Shown here: in pieces, positions 10,245-19,895 of the stretch | Layout of the letters: each line of letters opens with the position of its first letter | Position numbering within the stretch: the first letter of the stretch is position 1 | IMG/VR virus record: IMGVR_UViG_3300043436_002028 | Coordinates: 4,547-68,546 of that record | DNA: 64,000 bases | Reading direction: 5' to 3' (one strand) | DNA from: a virus | Translations under genes and position numbers: made by a program | The notes under the pieces: generated by a model | Databases searched by the model: none | Seen by the model: only the letters and a program-made list of their open reading frames with translations | Told to the model about the DNA's origin: nothing

Positions 10245-10403
10245 ATGCCACTAACCAAAGGCTACTCTCAAAAGTCTGTATCTAAAAATATTTCAATGCT
10301 TATAAAAGAGGGAAAACCTCAAAAACAAGCTATTGCAATTGCTTTAGACACAGCTAAAGAAGCTAAGAAGAAAGCTTCTAAATCCAAACCAAATAAAGGT
10401 TGA
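10245..10403 (+). CDS. small basic protein (52 aa; not in ORF track)
   Basis: Translated by hand: [52 protein letters not shown]; resembles a widespread small phage protein family found near head genes. Confidence 0.7.
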   Translation: MPLTKGYSQKSVSKNISMLIKEGKPQKQAIAIALDTAKEAKKKASKSKPNKG

Positions 10404-10420
10404 TACAGCAAGGAATAAGT

Positions 10421-13400
10421 ATGACTGTCAACGCTAATACACAAATATATGACAAAGCTATAGATAGGGCGGCAATGATCCGTCTTTATGAAAGAAGAGT
10501 CAATGGTAAGATTGAATTAGTTATTGACGGTCATACTGTCCGAGTCGATAAGCTTATCAAAGACGCTAATCTTTCTCAAAAAGGCTTTGAGAAGTTAAGA
10601 GAGGCTATTGATCAGGAACTTACAAAAACTTATAAAGAGACTTTTAATATTAGTAAAAGATCTTTATTAGATCTGGTTTCTGATCAATTGTCATATGCGT
10701 ATCAAAACGTTGAAAATGCAATGGGTCAAATTTGGAGAACTCAAAGACCTCAAAGACGCATTGCTGAAGAAATTGTATTAGAAAAACCTCTACATGAAAA
10801 TAGAACACTTGCTGCAGGTTGGGCGGGTGTTAGTGTTAGTGAAAAGAAAAGACTAGAAGCTTTAATTCGTAAAGGTATTTCTGAAGGTAAAACTGCTGAT
10901 CAAATAGCGTTAGAAGTGCGGAAAGGTAATGTTCATAATATTACTCGTATGCAGTCAAAAGCTCTTGTTGTTACTGCAATTACTTCTGTAACTGCCCAAA
11001 CCGATCACGCTGTTTACAAAGCTAACGAACGTGCCCTAGCGGGGTGGCAGTATGTGGCCGTCTTGGATGCCAGAACCACGCCTGTGTGTGCGCACCGAGA
11101 CGGGACTACCTACCCCATTGGGGACACCTCGCACTTGCCTCCGGCCCACTTTAATTGTCGTTCTACAACGATTCCCGTTTTTAAATCTTGGGATGATATT
11201 TCCAAGCTTGAAGGTGCTGCTGAAGTTAGACGTAGAAACCTTGAGGGTCTCACTGATAAACAAAAAGCCTTTTATGATGGTCAAACGCCAATGCGTGAGA
11301 CTTATAATGACTGGCTCTTTAGACAACCGCAAGATGTTCAATTAAGGCATCTTGGTGATTATCAAAAAGTTCAGTTATTTAATAGCGGTCAGATTAGGCT
11401 TGAAAAGTTTACAAATCCAGAAGGTAATTCTATTGGTATTAAAGAGCTTAGAGCAATGACTGACGATGGTTACGAATTGCCTAATGATACTAAAAAGTTT
11501 GCTTCTGCAAAACAGAAACTAGATTCAATGCAATTAGGTGCATCTACACCTGATGACTTTTTTGATAACCAAAAGTTAAAGAATACCTTAGTTGATTACT
11601 ATCTTTTACAAGCAGGTGAGCTTGATGGTACTCTTTCAATAACAAACTACCGTGGTTTGTTAATTGGAACTAAGAGATCTGCAAAGAACAGGGTATTGAC
11701 ATCTCCTCCAAGAGAAGATCAACTTAAGTTTAATCCTATTACTGGACGCTATGAAGACATCCGACTATATCAACCAAATCCAGCTGTCTTATCTAATAAC
11801 CTTAGATTGTTGGACGAAAGCAATGTCTTACTGGATAGAGACAAAGAATTTATTAGATCAGTCAATGACTCTTTGGCTGAAAAGATGAGTGTAAATGAAA
11901 GAGCTGTTGTTGTAGACAATCTACGAACACTCTTCACACGCCACAGAAAGAATCCTGAGCCTTGGGCTAACTTCAAAGCAGTTGTTCAAAGTCAAATAAA
12001 ATTTGATGTAATGAACGTATCTGATGCAATTGAAACACAATTGCGCAGAGACACTAACTTAATGAAAAAGTTGTTACAAGATAATTACATTGATCCTGTG
12101 TTAGGTCCAGTGCAGCTTGATGAATTACACGATTCTTTTATTGCTAACATTGGCAAGAAGAACAAGTGGGAAGACAAAGTTGCACCAAAGATAGCTAGAG
12201 AGCTTAGAGAAGTTTTTGATTTAAGCATTCCTTTAGTTATTAAAAATCGACTAAGTGATGCAGATCTACAACAGTTTTATCTTAAATTTGCTCATAGACT
12301 TAGCCTTGCTGACTTGCCAGATAGAGATCAGTTTGCTGTAGCATTAGGTAGAGATCTTTACAACTTAGCCAATTTAAACGGAGCTAGAAATGCTTGGTAT
12401 AAACTTGGCATGAAGCTTTTAGAAGCTAAGAACGTAAACAAATTCTTTGAAATTGAAACTTTTGGTGTTCAAAAGAGAAGAATGAAAAGTAGACTGAGTG
12501 GTACTTACTTTGGACCGTACTACGACACTATTGCTTACAATATTAGAGTAACAGACCCTAGAGTTCAGGAGTATGCCCAACTAACACGAAAAGTTGAATT
12601 AGGTCTTCGTGTTGCAGTTACATCTGATAAGAATCGACTTGTATTTAGAGAGGGTTATAAAACCTACTTCATTGATCGTGGTGTTCTTGGCTTTGAAGAT
12701 ACAAGAATTCCAATTACATCAACATCAAGTTTTAGTGACTTTCCTGAAGAGTTTGTTGATAAGGAATTTATAGATGCTCTTAACTGGGCATCACAGGCTA
12801 AATATAAGATTGATTCCGACTATTATGACTTTATTAACAAATTATTATACTTTGAGGATGATAAAGGCAAAGCTCAATTTTACAATGGTTTGAATAATTA
12901 TCGTAAGTATATTGCCTCAAGAGGCGATGCATACGAAAGATTCAAGGCAATGGAATGGTTACGAAAGAGTGATAAAGCTTTTAGCAATCATCCGTTTGTT
13001 GATCACCGTGCTCGTATTTACGACCGAGGTTTGATTAGTCCACAAAGTGGTGAGACATTTAGACCGTTCTTAAATACAGCTGAGCCAAAGAATTTTAGTC
13101 CTGAAGAATTTAAAGATTTACAAGATCAGATTGGTGCTTTTCTGGGAGGACTTAGTGATTATCTTGAAGGACGGTTTAACTCACTAACAATCACTGGTAG
13201 ACAAAAGATTGCTGATAAATGGAGACCAGAACTGGTTAAGATTGGCAATCATATGTTACGTGCTAAACCGAACGATATTAGAGCTGTACTAGAGTCAGAT
13301 TTATTAGCTAATATTGATGGTGAAGAACAAGGTAAGTTTCTTAGATTCGCCATTGAATCTGCAAAGATTGATAATTTTCTTGGCGGTGATTACTCAACTG

Positions 13401-15049
13401 CATCTCTTCGAAAGCTAAATGATTATAAAATTTCTTTAGCCCTTGAACAAGATGCTTCGTCATCAGGTGCTCAGATTATTGCATTAACAACTCGAAACAA
13501 ACAATTAGCTGAATTAAGCAACGTAATACCTACAACTCAGAAGAAACGTTTATATGATGAGATTGCAGCAGCCACTTATAACGATCCAAGATTTAAGACT
13601 TTAAATGAAAAGTTTGGTCTTAATGAAAAGGATTTAAGAAAGGCGGCTAAAGCTCAAAACATGGTTACTTTCTATGGTGCTGGTGAAAGAACTGGCATTT
13701 TCAACGTAGAAGGTAAACTTGCTAAAGTTTTAGAGAAAGATGCTAATACACTTGTTGTAAAAGCTGCTGACAGAGATACAGTACTTAATGAAATTAGCGC
13801 TAGAATTGCTAGATACGAAAAGGTCGACCCTGAAACTGCAGAAGAACTTAGAGTGCTTAGAGAAAATGTTAAGGATGTCTTTAACAAAGGGATTGATCCA
13901 GGTGATGATATCTTAGATCAACTCTATTTCCTGGAGCCTAAGACTAAAGATCTTGTTGAAAAACTATCAAGGTCTTACGAGAAAATTGTTACACCAAATG
14001 ATTTTAAGGTGATTGCTCAAATTATGAGTGAGTACCTTAGAGAGCAAGTTCCTATTCTAAAAGAGTTTACTAGATTTTTCGGCAGATTGGCAGAAGACTT
14101 TTTAACTAATGCTAAACCTTCTAAGTCAGACTTTGACTGGCAAACTATTGCTAAAGTTACATTAAGAGGTTCAAAGCAAAAAGGCTACACGTTACCTAAC
14201 TACGTAAGCGAATTATTAGGATTAAAGCCAGGGCAACCTGTTAGTGAAAAGATTCTAAGTCGTTTTGGTTTCTGGAAACCTAATGGTACTTTAAATGAAA
14301 TTGTTTATGGTATACAAGATCCAAAAGCAAGAAGAACAGGTGCTAAGTATTTAAAAGTTGACTTACTACAGCTAAAAACTTTAAACGAACTAGAAGTGTT
14401 TTATGCTAATAAATTACCTAAAAGCTGGACAAATGTCCCTTGGGTTAATTTTGATGGTAAAACAATTGAACAAAACTTTACACAAACATTCGAAGAAAGA
14501 CTTAGATACCGAGATGAAAATGGTAACTGGTTTACTAACATTTTGCAAGTTCCTCAAAAGACCGAAGCAACTTGGTGGGAGCAAGTTATCAACAAGTCTG
14601 GTAAAATAAATGATATTGCAGATGCAACAAAGGCAAGAACTGCTTTTGCTGTTAATGGCAACCATTCTAACGATGCTGTAATTGTTAAACGTTTTCATTT
14701 ATGGGGCCGTGAAAACAATATCACAACATCAACTATTCATGATGCTTTCTTTGCAAATGCTGCAGACATGTTAAAAGCTAGAAATGCTTTAAGAGGCATT
14801 TATGCAAAAACATTAGATCGAAATGTCATTAAGTCTACATTAGACGAAATGAAAGCAAGAGGCCTTCCAAAAGAACTTTATGACAAGTACTTAGAGGAAG
14901 CAATTGAGCTAGGTCTAATACCCGTTCCTGGAAAGTCTAGAGTTGGTGGAAAATTATTGAAAGAATCTGATATCCTCAAAAAGGAAGATATTCTGAAACA
15001 AATTCCAAGCAATTTTCAAGATGATTACGGGTGGTATGGTGTGGGTTAA
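10421..15049 (+). CDS. MuF (SPP1 gp7-like) minor head protein fused to a T7-like DNA-directed RNA polymerase; candidate virion RNAP
   Basis: N-terminal MuF motif WQYVAVLDARTTPVC...DG......PPAHFNCRS; C-terminal RNAP motifs DHRARIY..SPQ, QDASSSGAQ (A), RKAAKAQNMVTFYG (B), NHSNDA, IHDAF (C); start chosen at the ATG after AAGGA. Confidence 0.9.
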   Translation: MTVNANTQIYDKAIDRAAMIRLYERRVNGKIELVIDGHTVRVDKLIKDANLSQKGFEKLREAIDQELTKTYKETFNISKRSLLDLVSDQLSYAYQNVENAMGQIWRTQRPQRRIAEEIVLEKPLHENRTLAAGWAGVSVSEKKRLEALIRKGISEGKTADQIALEVRKGNVHNITRMQSKALVVTAITSVTAQTDHAVYKANERALAGWQYVAVLDARTTPVCAHRDGTTYPIGDTSHLPPAHFNCRSTTIPVFKSWDDISKLEGAAEVRRRNLEGLTDKQKAFYDGQTPMRETYNDWLFRQPQDVQLRHLGDYQKVQLFNSGQIRLEKFTNPEGNSIGIKELRAMTDDGYELPNDTKKFASAKQKLDSMQLGASTPDDFFDNQKLKNTLVDYYLLQAGELDGTLSITNYRGLLIGTKRSAKNRVLTSPPREDQLKFNPITGRYEDIRLYQPNPAVLSNNLRLLDESNVLLDRDKEFIRSVNDSLAEKMSVNERAVVVDNLRTLFTRHRKNPEPWANFKAVVQSQIKFDVMNVSDAIETQLRRDTNLMKKLLQDNYIDPVLGPVQLDELHDSFIANIGKKNKWEDKVAPKIARELREVFDLSIPLVIKNRLSDADLQQFYLKFAHRLSLADLPDRDQFAVALGRDLYNLANLNGARNAWYKLGMKLLEAKNVNKFFEIETFGVQKRRMKSRLSGTYFGPYYDTIAYNIRVTDPRVQEYAQLTRKVELGLRVAVTSDKNRLVFREGYKTYFIDRGVLGFEDTRIPITSTSSFSDFPEEFVDKEFIDALNWASQAKYKIDSDYYDFINKLLYFEDDKGKAQFYNGLNNYRKYIASRGDAYERFKAMEWLRKSDKAFSNHPFVDHRARIYDRGLISPQSGETFRPFLNTAEPKNFSPEEFKDLQDQIGAFLGGLSDYLEGRFNSLTITGRQKIADKWRPELVKIGNHMLRAKPNDIRAVLESDLLANIDGEEQGKFLRFAIESAKIDNFLGGDYSTASLRKLNDYKISLALEQDASSSGAQIIALTTRNKQLAELSNVIPTTQKKRLYDEIAAATYNDPRFKTLNEKFGLNEKDLRKAAKAQNMVTFYGAGERTGIFNVEGKLAKVLEKDANTLVVKAADRDTVLNEISARIARYEKVDPETAEELRVLRENVKDVFNKGIDPGDDILDQLYFLEPKTKDLVEKLSRSYEKIVTPNDFKVIAQIMSEYLREQVPILKEFTRFFGRLAEDFLTNAKPSKSDFDWQTIAKVTLRGSKQKGYTLPNYVSELLGLKPGQPVSEKILSRFGFWKPNGTLNEIVYGIQDPKARRTGAKYLKVDLLQLKTLNELEVFYANKLPKSWTNVPWVNFDGKTIEQNFTQTFEERLRYRDENGNWFTNILQVPQKTEATWWEQVINKSGKINDIADATKARTAFAVNGNHSNDAVIVKRFHLWGRENNITTSTIHDAFFANAADMLKARNALRGIYAKTLDRNVIKSTLDEMKARGLPKELYDKYLEEAIELGLIPVPGKSRVGGKLLKESDILKKEDILKQIPSNFQDDYGWYGVG

Positions 15050-15054
15050 GAGAC

Positions 15055-15070
15055 CCCGTTAAATTAACCC
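15055..15070 (+). promoter_or_regulatory. motif A copy 1 (CCCGTTAAATTAACCC), putative phage promoter/operator
   Basis: Exact 16-mer found four times, always intergenic; here upstream of scaffold and capsid. Confidence 0.7.
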
Positions 15071-15175
15071 AGGTGTAGACTCACCTATATTAGGTAGGTA
15101 GTTTATATATTGAATCCATCATTAATAGAGATTGTATTTCTATTATTTAATGAGTTGTACTCAAAGGATATTAAA

Positions 15176-15856
15176 ATGGCTGATAACCAAGGTCAGAATA
15201 CTGATCAAAACACTGACAACAACCAGAATAGCAATCAGAACAATGCTTCTGACAACTCTCAAAACAAGTCAAACACACCTCCTGATGTTGACTCATTAGT
15301 ACAAGCTAAGCTTGACGAAGCATTAAGAGACATCAAGTCAAAACTTGATAAGGCTTATAGTGCTCGTGATGAGGCTATGACTAAAGTTAAAGAGTTTGAA
15401 AAAGAGAAGCGTGACGCTGAATTAAAACGCTTGCAAGAAGAAGGCAAATTTAAAGAAGCCTACGAAATGCAAGTTAATGAACTTAGTGCAAAACTTACTT
15501 CTGCTGAAAAGCGCAATATTGAGTTAACACGAGATATTGATGTAAGAAACTCTTTGTCATCTCACCCTTTCAGAAATGAGAATGCCGTAGAAATGGCATA
15601 TCGTGAAATCGTGGGGCAACTTGTTCAAAATGAACAAGGTGTTTGGGTTCATAAAACAGGAATGAGTATTAAAGACTTTGTTAAGTCTTTTGCTGACGCT
15701 GATGACAACTCTTTCTTGTTTAAACCGAAAACTAGTTCTGGTTCTGGAAGCAGTGGTACGAAGCCATCTGATACGTCTGGAGGCAAGAAATCTATATTTC
15801 AAATGTCTCAAGATGAAGTTTTGAAACTCGCCAAGGAAGGTAAACTCCGTGGCTAA
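15176..15856 (+). CDS. capsid scaffolding protein
   Basis: Asn/Gln/Asp-rich N-terminus, coiled coil, LFKP..SSGSG near the C-terminus; directly before the capsid gene; RBS AAGGA. Confidence 0.8.
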   Translation: MADNQGQNTDQNTDNNQNSNQNNASDNSQNKSNTPPDVDSLVQAKLDEALRDIKSKLDKAYSARDEAMTKVKEFEKEKRDAELKRLQEEGKFKEAYEMQVNELSAKLTSAEKRNIELTRDIDVRNSLSSHPFRNENAVEMAYREIVGQLVQNEQGVWVHKTGMSIKDFVKSFADADDNSFLFKPKTSSGSGSSGTKPSDTSGGKKSIFQMSQDEVLKLAKEGKLRG

Positions 15857-15878
15857 ATCAATTTAAGGAAATTTTAAA

Positions 15879-17063
15879 ATGACTGCTCGTACGAACGTTG
15901 CTGGTGCTGATAACTTTGTGTTACAGGAAGCAATTAGTGCTTATACCGATGAAGCTTACACCAATGAAAAGAAGCTTGTCGGTACTGGTATTGTTGGTGA
16001 TAACCCCAATATCGATACTTCTACTGAGACCTTTATTGGTCAAATGCGTTGGTTCAAGCCTTTGAACCCTACTGTGAACGTTGCTTCGCTGACTGACGCT
16101 ACTGATGGTACGAAAACTAACTATAGCTCAGACTACCTGAACTATGTTAAGACTGTTCGTACGCATGGTGCTGAGAAGGTCAACATGCAACAAGTGGTGA
16201 CTCAGCAAGACGGTCTTGCTAAGATTGGTCGTGACTTTGCCGAAACTCGTGCTAAAGATGAACACAACGCTCTGTTGTCTATTCTGAAGGGTGTGGCTAT
16301 CTCTGAAGCTCTTAACGGTGCTGCAGCTGGTTCTGGTCAGACTGGTCTTGGCGGTCAAACCTTCGACAACGATCCTGCTGACAAGCGTTATGGCTTCTAC
16401 GTGGATCTTGGTTCTAGCAAGCCTGTTGTTGCAGCTACTTCCGCTGTTCAAGGTGCTGCTCGTGCTGAAGCCTTCTTGAATGCCTTTGGCATGGCTTATA
16501 AAGATTATGAGCCTGAGTACGCTTATCTGGTTACTTCGCCTGAGATCATGGCTTCTCTCCGTTCTGCTAACTTGGTCGACTCTGACCCTGTGCAAGACGG
16601 TAATGTCATGTTCAACACGATCTTCCAGGGTAAGTTCCGTCTGATTCAGACTCGTGCTGCTCAAAGCTTGTCTTCTGCTGAACTGACCAAAATCAACAGC
16701 GGTGGTGGTGTTAACATTGTTGGTACAAAGACTTCTTTCATTGTGCTGCCTGGTGCTGTCGCAATGAGACCTCTGTCTGTGCCCGATCAAGTTGAAATCT
16801 ACCGTGATGGTAACAAGTACAAAGGTGGCGGTGCTACCTCTGTTTGGTATCGTTGGGGTTATGTCATGGCTCCCGCTGGTTACAACTGGGCTGGTTCTGC
16901 TGACAAGTTCCCGTCTGATGCCGAGTACATGTATGCTATTGAAAGTGGTACTCCGAAGGCTGTTACTTCGATTACTGATGGTGCTGCCAGCACTACTGGT
17001 TCTTGGGGTCGTAAGTTCAACTCTGCTCTGAGTCTTGGTATTCTGCCAGTCTTCCACGCTTAA
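15879..17063 (+). CDS. major capsid protein
   Basis: 394 aa; position after scaffold; strongly biased high-expression codon usage. Confidence 0.85.
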   Translation: MTARTNVAGADNFVLQEAISAYTDEAYTNEKKLVGTGIVGDNPNIDTSTETFIGQMRWFKPLNPTVNVASLTDATDGTKTNYSSDYLNYVKTVRTHGAEKVNMQQVVTQQDGLAKIGRDFAETRAKDEHNALLSILKGVAISEALNGAAAGSGQTGLGGQTFDNDPADKRYGFYVDLGSSKPVVAATSAVQGAARAEAFLNAFGMAYKDYEPEYAYLVTSPEIMASLRSANLVDSDPVQDGNVMFNTIFQGKFRLIQTRAAQSLSSAELTKINSGGGVNIVGTKTSFIVLPGAVAMRPLSVPDQVEIYRDGNKYKGGGATSVWYRWGYVMAPAGYNWAGSADKFPSDAEYMYAIESGTPKAVTSITDGAASTTGSWGRKFNSALSLGILPVFHA

Positions 17064-17081
17064 TTTTACTAGGAGACACTT

Positions 17082-17561
17082 ATGGCACTCGTTAAGGGTA
17101 CAAACTCCTATGTAACTGTTGCGGAAGCTGATTCTTACTTTGAAACCAGAATAGACGTAGCTGCTTGGGCTTCGGCTATTGAAGGTGAAAAAGCAAAGGC
17201 TCTCGTTACTGCAACAATGGTCTTAGACAATCTTGACTGGACAGGAGCTGCCGTAAGTGAAACTCAAACTCTGGCCTTTCCTAGAGCTGGTTCATATTTT
17301 GATCCTCGATTAGGGGTTTATGTAGAACTTGTTTCTACTACAGTCCCTAGTCGAATCATTACTGCAACATTTGAGTTAGCATACCACTTGTTGAATAATG
17401 ATGGATTATTAGATGACACTGGCGAAGTTGATAATTTAAGAGTTGGTTCAATTACTCTAGACAATATTAAAACAGCGTCTAGAATTCCCGCTATAGTTAA
17501 GCGTCTTGTTAAGCCGTTACAGGTAAACCAAGGCGCTAATGCTTGGTGGAGGGCTAATTAA
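17082..17561 (+). CDS. head-tail adaptor (DnaT-like family)
   Basis: NSYVTVAEADSYF...W......K.KAL..AT...Q.LAFPR...P..I..A..ELA signature. Confidence 0.8.
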   Translation: MALVKGTNSYVTVAEADSYFETRIDVAAWASAIEGEKAKALVTATMVLDNLDWTGAAVSETQTLAFPRAGSYFDPRLGVYVELVSTTVPSRIITATFELAYHLLNNDGLLDDTGEVDNLRVGSITLDNIKTASRIPAIVKRLVKPLQVNQGANAWWRAN

Positions 17562-17914
17562 TGTCTTATGAAGCCCTTATCAACACAAACTTAAATAGAG
17601 CTTTCAATCTGGTAAAAGACTTGGCAACTGATGTTCAGTTAACTAAGAAAACAGGTGATAGCTTTGACTTTGCAACTGGTGCATCAACTCCTGTTCTTTC
17701 TTCAGCAATTTATACAAAAGCTGTTGTAACTGATACTGAAAAATCTTCTACAGATAGAAACACTACTAAGAAATTAGTAATGTTAAAGACTGAAGAGATC
17801 GGAAGTGTCAGTAATTACGATACGCTACAGTATCAAAATGCTGCATGGAAAATCGGGCCTGTTATAAAGAGTACACAATTCATAACAGTTGTGGAAATCT
17901 TTAAGGAGGCCTAA
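17561..17914 (+). CDS. head closure protein
   Basis: Size, synteny and beta-rich sequence. Confidence 0.6.
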   Translation: MSYEALINTNLNRAFNLVKDLATDVQLTKKTGDSFDFATGASTPVLSSAIYTKAVVTDTEKSSTDRNTTKKLVMLKTEEIGSVSNYDTLQYQNAAWKIGPVIKSTQFITVVEIFKEA

Positions 17915-18318
17915 TGGGAAAATATGAAGCCTTAGAAACAGATGTATTTTCTGTTTTCTCGCAACAATCTTGGAAAAATGAAAACATAAAAACATTTCCT
18001 GTAAATTTTGTTACAGTAAATCCAGGAAATGAGTTTATCAGAGTTTCTGTTCTTCCTAGCGGAGACGGCATTAACATCAAATCTGTATCCGGTTTATTTG
18101 TTGTAGATATATTTACACCTGCAGGAAATGGACCAAGACGTACATCTCTTATTGCAGATAAGTTAGATCAATACTTAGTTGGTAAGGTGTTAACCACATC
18201 TTTAAACGGATCTACTCAATTTCTTAATAGTACATTAAGATCAGTTGGGCTAGACCGTGACAATCCTTCTTTGTATAGATCTATCTACCAAATCCCTTTC
18301 AATTACTTCGGAGTTTAA
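17914..18318 (+). CDS. tail terminator protein
   Basis: G...VDIF.P.G.G......AD.L pattern; precedes the tail tube gene. Confidence 0.7.
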   Translation: MGKYEALETDVFSVFSQQSWKNENIKTFPVNFVTVNPGNEFIRVSVLPSGDGINIKSVSGLFVVDIFTPAGNGPRRTSLIADKLDQYLVGKVLTTSLNGSTQFLNSTLRSVGLDRDNPSLYRSIYQIPFNYFGV

Positions 18319-18324
18319 TTTAAA

Positions 18325-18924
18325 ATGGCTCACATTTCTTCAATCGGCGCTGGCGTTTTCTCGGACTTGTCTGTTGCTACGCCTGCTACCGACTTCACTG
18401 CCGCTACTTTAGCTGGTTTGGATTCTGCTACTGAGTTTCAAGCTCTGTTCGCTACAGAGATTGATTCGGTTGGCGGTACTAAAGCTGCTAACACTTTCAC
18501 TCGCATTAAGAACGTGCGTGAGTTCCCTGCTATGGGTACTCCTCCGAACGTTGTTAACGTGCCTGTGTATGGCTCTAAGACTTCTCAACAGATTCAAGGT
18601 CAGGCTGATTCTCCGACTATGGAAATCACTGTTAACTTTGTGTCTGCAGAGTGGGCTAAAGAATCGGCTAACATTCTGGGTTCTATGGTTGGCGATGGCA
18701 AGCAATATGTCTTCCGCTTTGCTTTGATGAACTCTCAGCCTACTGGTTCTGGCGCTACTAAGTACGCCTCTACTTCGGCTGGTCTCGGTACTGTTCAAAA
18801 CAGCCAGTACTACTGGGTTGGTAAGCTGGAAGCTCTGCAGGTTAATCCTCAGCTGACGGACGCTAACACTGCCACTGTGACTATCACTGTGCAGTCTGAG
18901 TTCTATGGTGCTTACACCATCTAA
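18325..18924 (+). CDS. major tail tube protein
   Basis: I.NV.EFP.MG.....V.V..YG......I.GQ.D pattern; high-expression codon bias. Confidence 0.8.
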   Translation: MAHISSIGAGVFSDLSVATPATDFTAATLAGLDSATEFQALFATEIDSVGGTKAANTFTRIKNVREFPAMGTPPNVVNVPVYGSKTSQQIQGQADSPTMEITVNFVSAEWAKESANILGSMVGDGKQYVFRFALMNSQPTGSGATKYASTSAGLGTVQNSQYYWVGKLEALQVNPQLTDANTATVTITVQSEFYGAYTI

Positions 18925-19007
18925 TTAACTAATTGGGGTGTGTCCTTGGTTAAGATACTTAAATACACAACTAACATAGTGTGGCCCCAATATCTATAAG
19001 AAGTATT

Positions 19008-19247
19008 ATGGCTCAAGATTCTACACAAAAGCCTTTTAGTATGGGTTATGTGCTGAGAACTACAGCAAAACACATGCGTAAAAGCATTGATATTAGTATC
19101 AGAAAGACCTTCGAGAGAGTACCTGAGTTTGCAGAGGATCAGGCTAAATCTCAAGAAGTGTTTCAAACTCTTTCATTTCTGCACACAATGAGGAAGCAAT
19201 TAGATGACTTCCAAGCTAAACATTCCGAAAATTTCAAAGGTGAATAA
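19008..19247 (+). CDS. hypothetical protein in the tail operon
   Basis: Helical 79-aa ORF between tail tube and chaperone genes. Confidence 0.55.
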   Translation: MAQDSTQKPFSMGYVLRTTAKHMRKSIDISIRKTFERVPEFAEDQAKSQEVFQTLSFLHTMRKQLDDFQAKHSENFKGE

Positions 19248-19248
19248 T

Positions 19249-19554
19249 ATGTCAGAAGGCATTAAGTCTCTTGTTGGTCGTAAGATGACCAAGAACGTTA
19301 AGTTCATGGGTGAGGACGTTAAGATTTCTAAACTTAGCGTTTCTGAAGTCATGGAAATTCAGGAACGTGCTAAGGTTCTTGAAAAGGATGAAGCCGAAGG
19401 CTTTAATATTCTGAAGACTGTTATTCGTGCATCTGTTGAAGGTGCTAATGATCTGTCTGATCAGGACTTTGATAATTTCCCGTTGGATGAGCTGTCAAAG
19501 CTTTCTAATTCTATTATGGAATTTTCTGGTATTGGTCAGAACCAGGGAAAATAA
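19249..19554 (+). CDS. tail assembly chaperone (gpG-like)
   Basis: Position, size and an in-frame slippery heptamer G GGA AAA just before the stop. Confidence 0.8.
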   Translation: MSEGIKSLVGRKMTKNVKFMGEDVKISKLSVSEVMEIQERAKVLEKDEAEGFNILKTVIRASVEGANDLSDQDFDNFPLDELSKLSNSIMEFSGIGQNQGK

Positions 19555-19895
19555 CGCTTTCAGATGAAGAGCTAACTGTATATGAGGTTGCTTTTCATCT
19601 GAAAATGCCTGTTTATAAAATTGCTCAAGAAATGACTTATGAGGAATTTCTTGGTTGGCTTGATTATTTTGAGAAACGTCCTCCTGAGTGGAGAGCTGAT
19701 GATAGAGCATACAAATATCTTCAAACCCAAGGTGTAAAAGAGAAACCTTGGTCGATATTTGCATCTTTGAATGCAATTTACAACAGCAAGAAAGCACCTG
19801 TCCAAGATGGAATGGTTGATGCCAGTTCATTTAAGAGTTCATTGATGTTCTCAAAGATGATGGGCGCTGTTAATGGAGATAAGTTATCATTATGA
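19545..19895 (+). CDS. -1 frameshift extension of the tail chaperone (gpGT-like)
   Basis: The -1 frame from GGGAAAA (19545-19551) is open into MPVYKIAQEMTYEEFLGW..YF. Confidence 0.8.
   Translation, partial: GKITLSDEELTVYEVAFHLKMPVYKIAQEMTYEEFLGWLDYFEKRPPEWRADDRAYKYLQTQGVKEKPWSIFASLNAIYNSKKAPVQDGMVDASSFKSSLMFSKMMGAVNGDKLSL

Noticed and set aside
16128-17057. 309-aa antisense ORF over the capsid gene (similarly 18409-18798 and 58895-59524)
   Set aside because: Expected shadow of strong codon bias in highly expressed genes; no RBS or recognisable motifs, and all credible genes are on the + strand.
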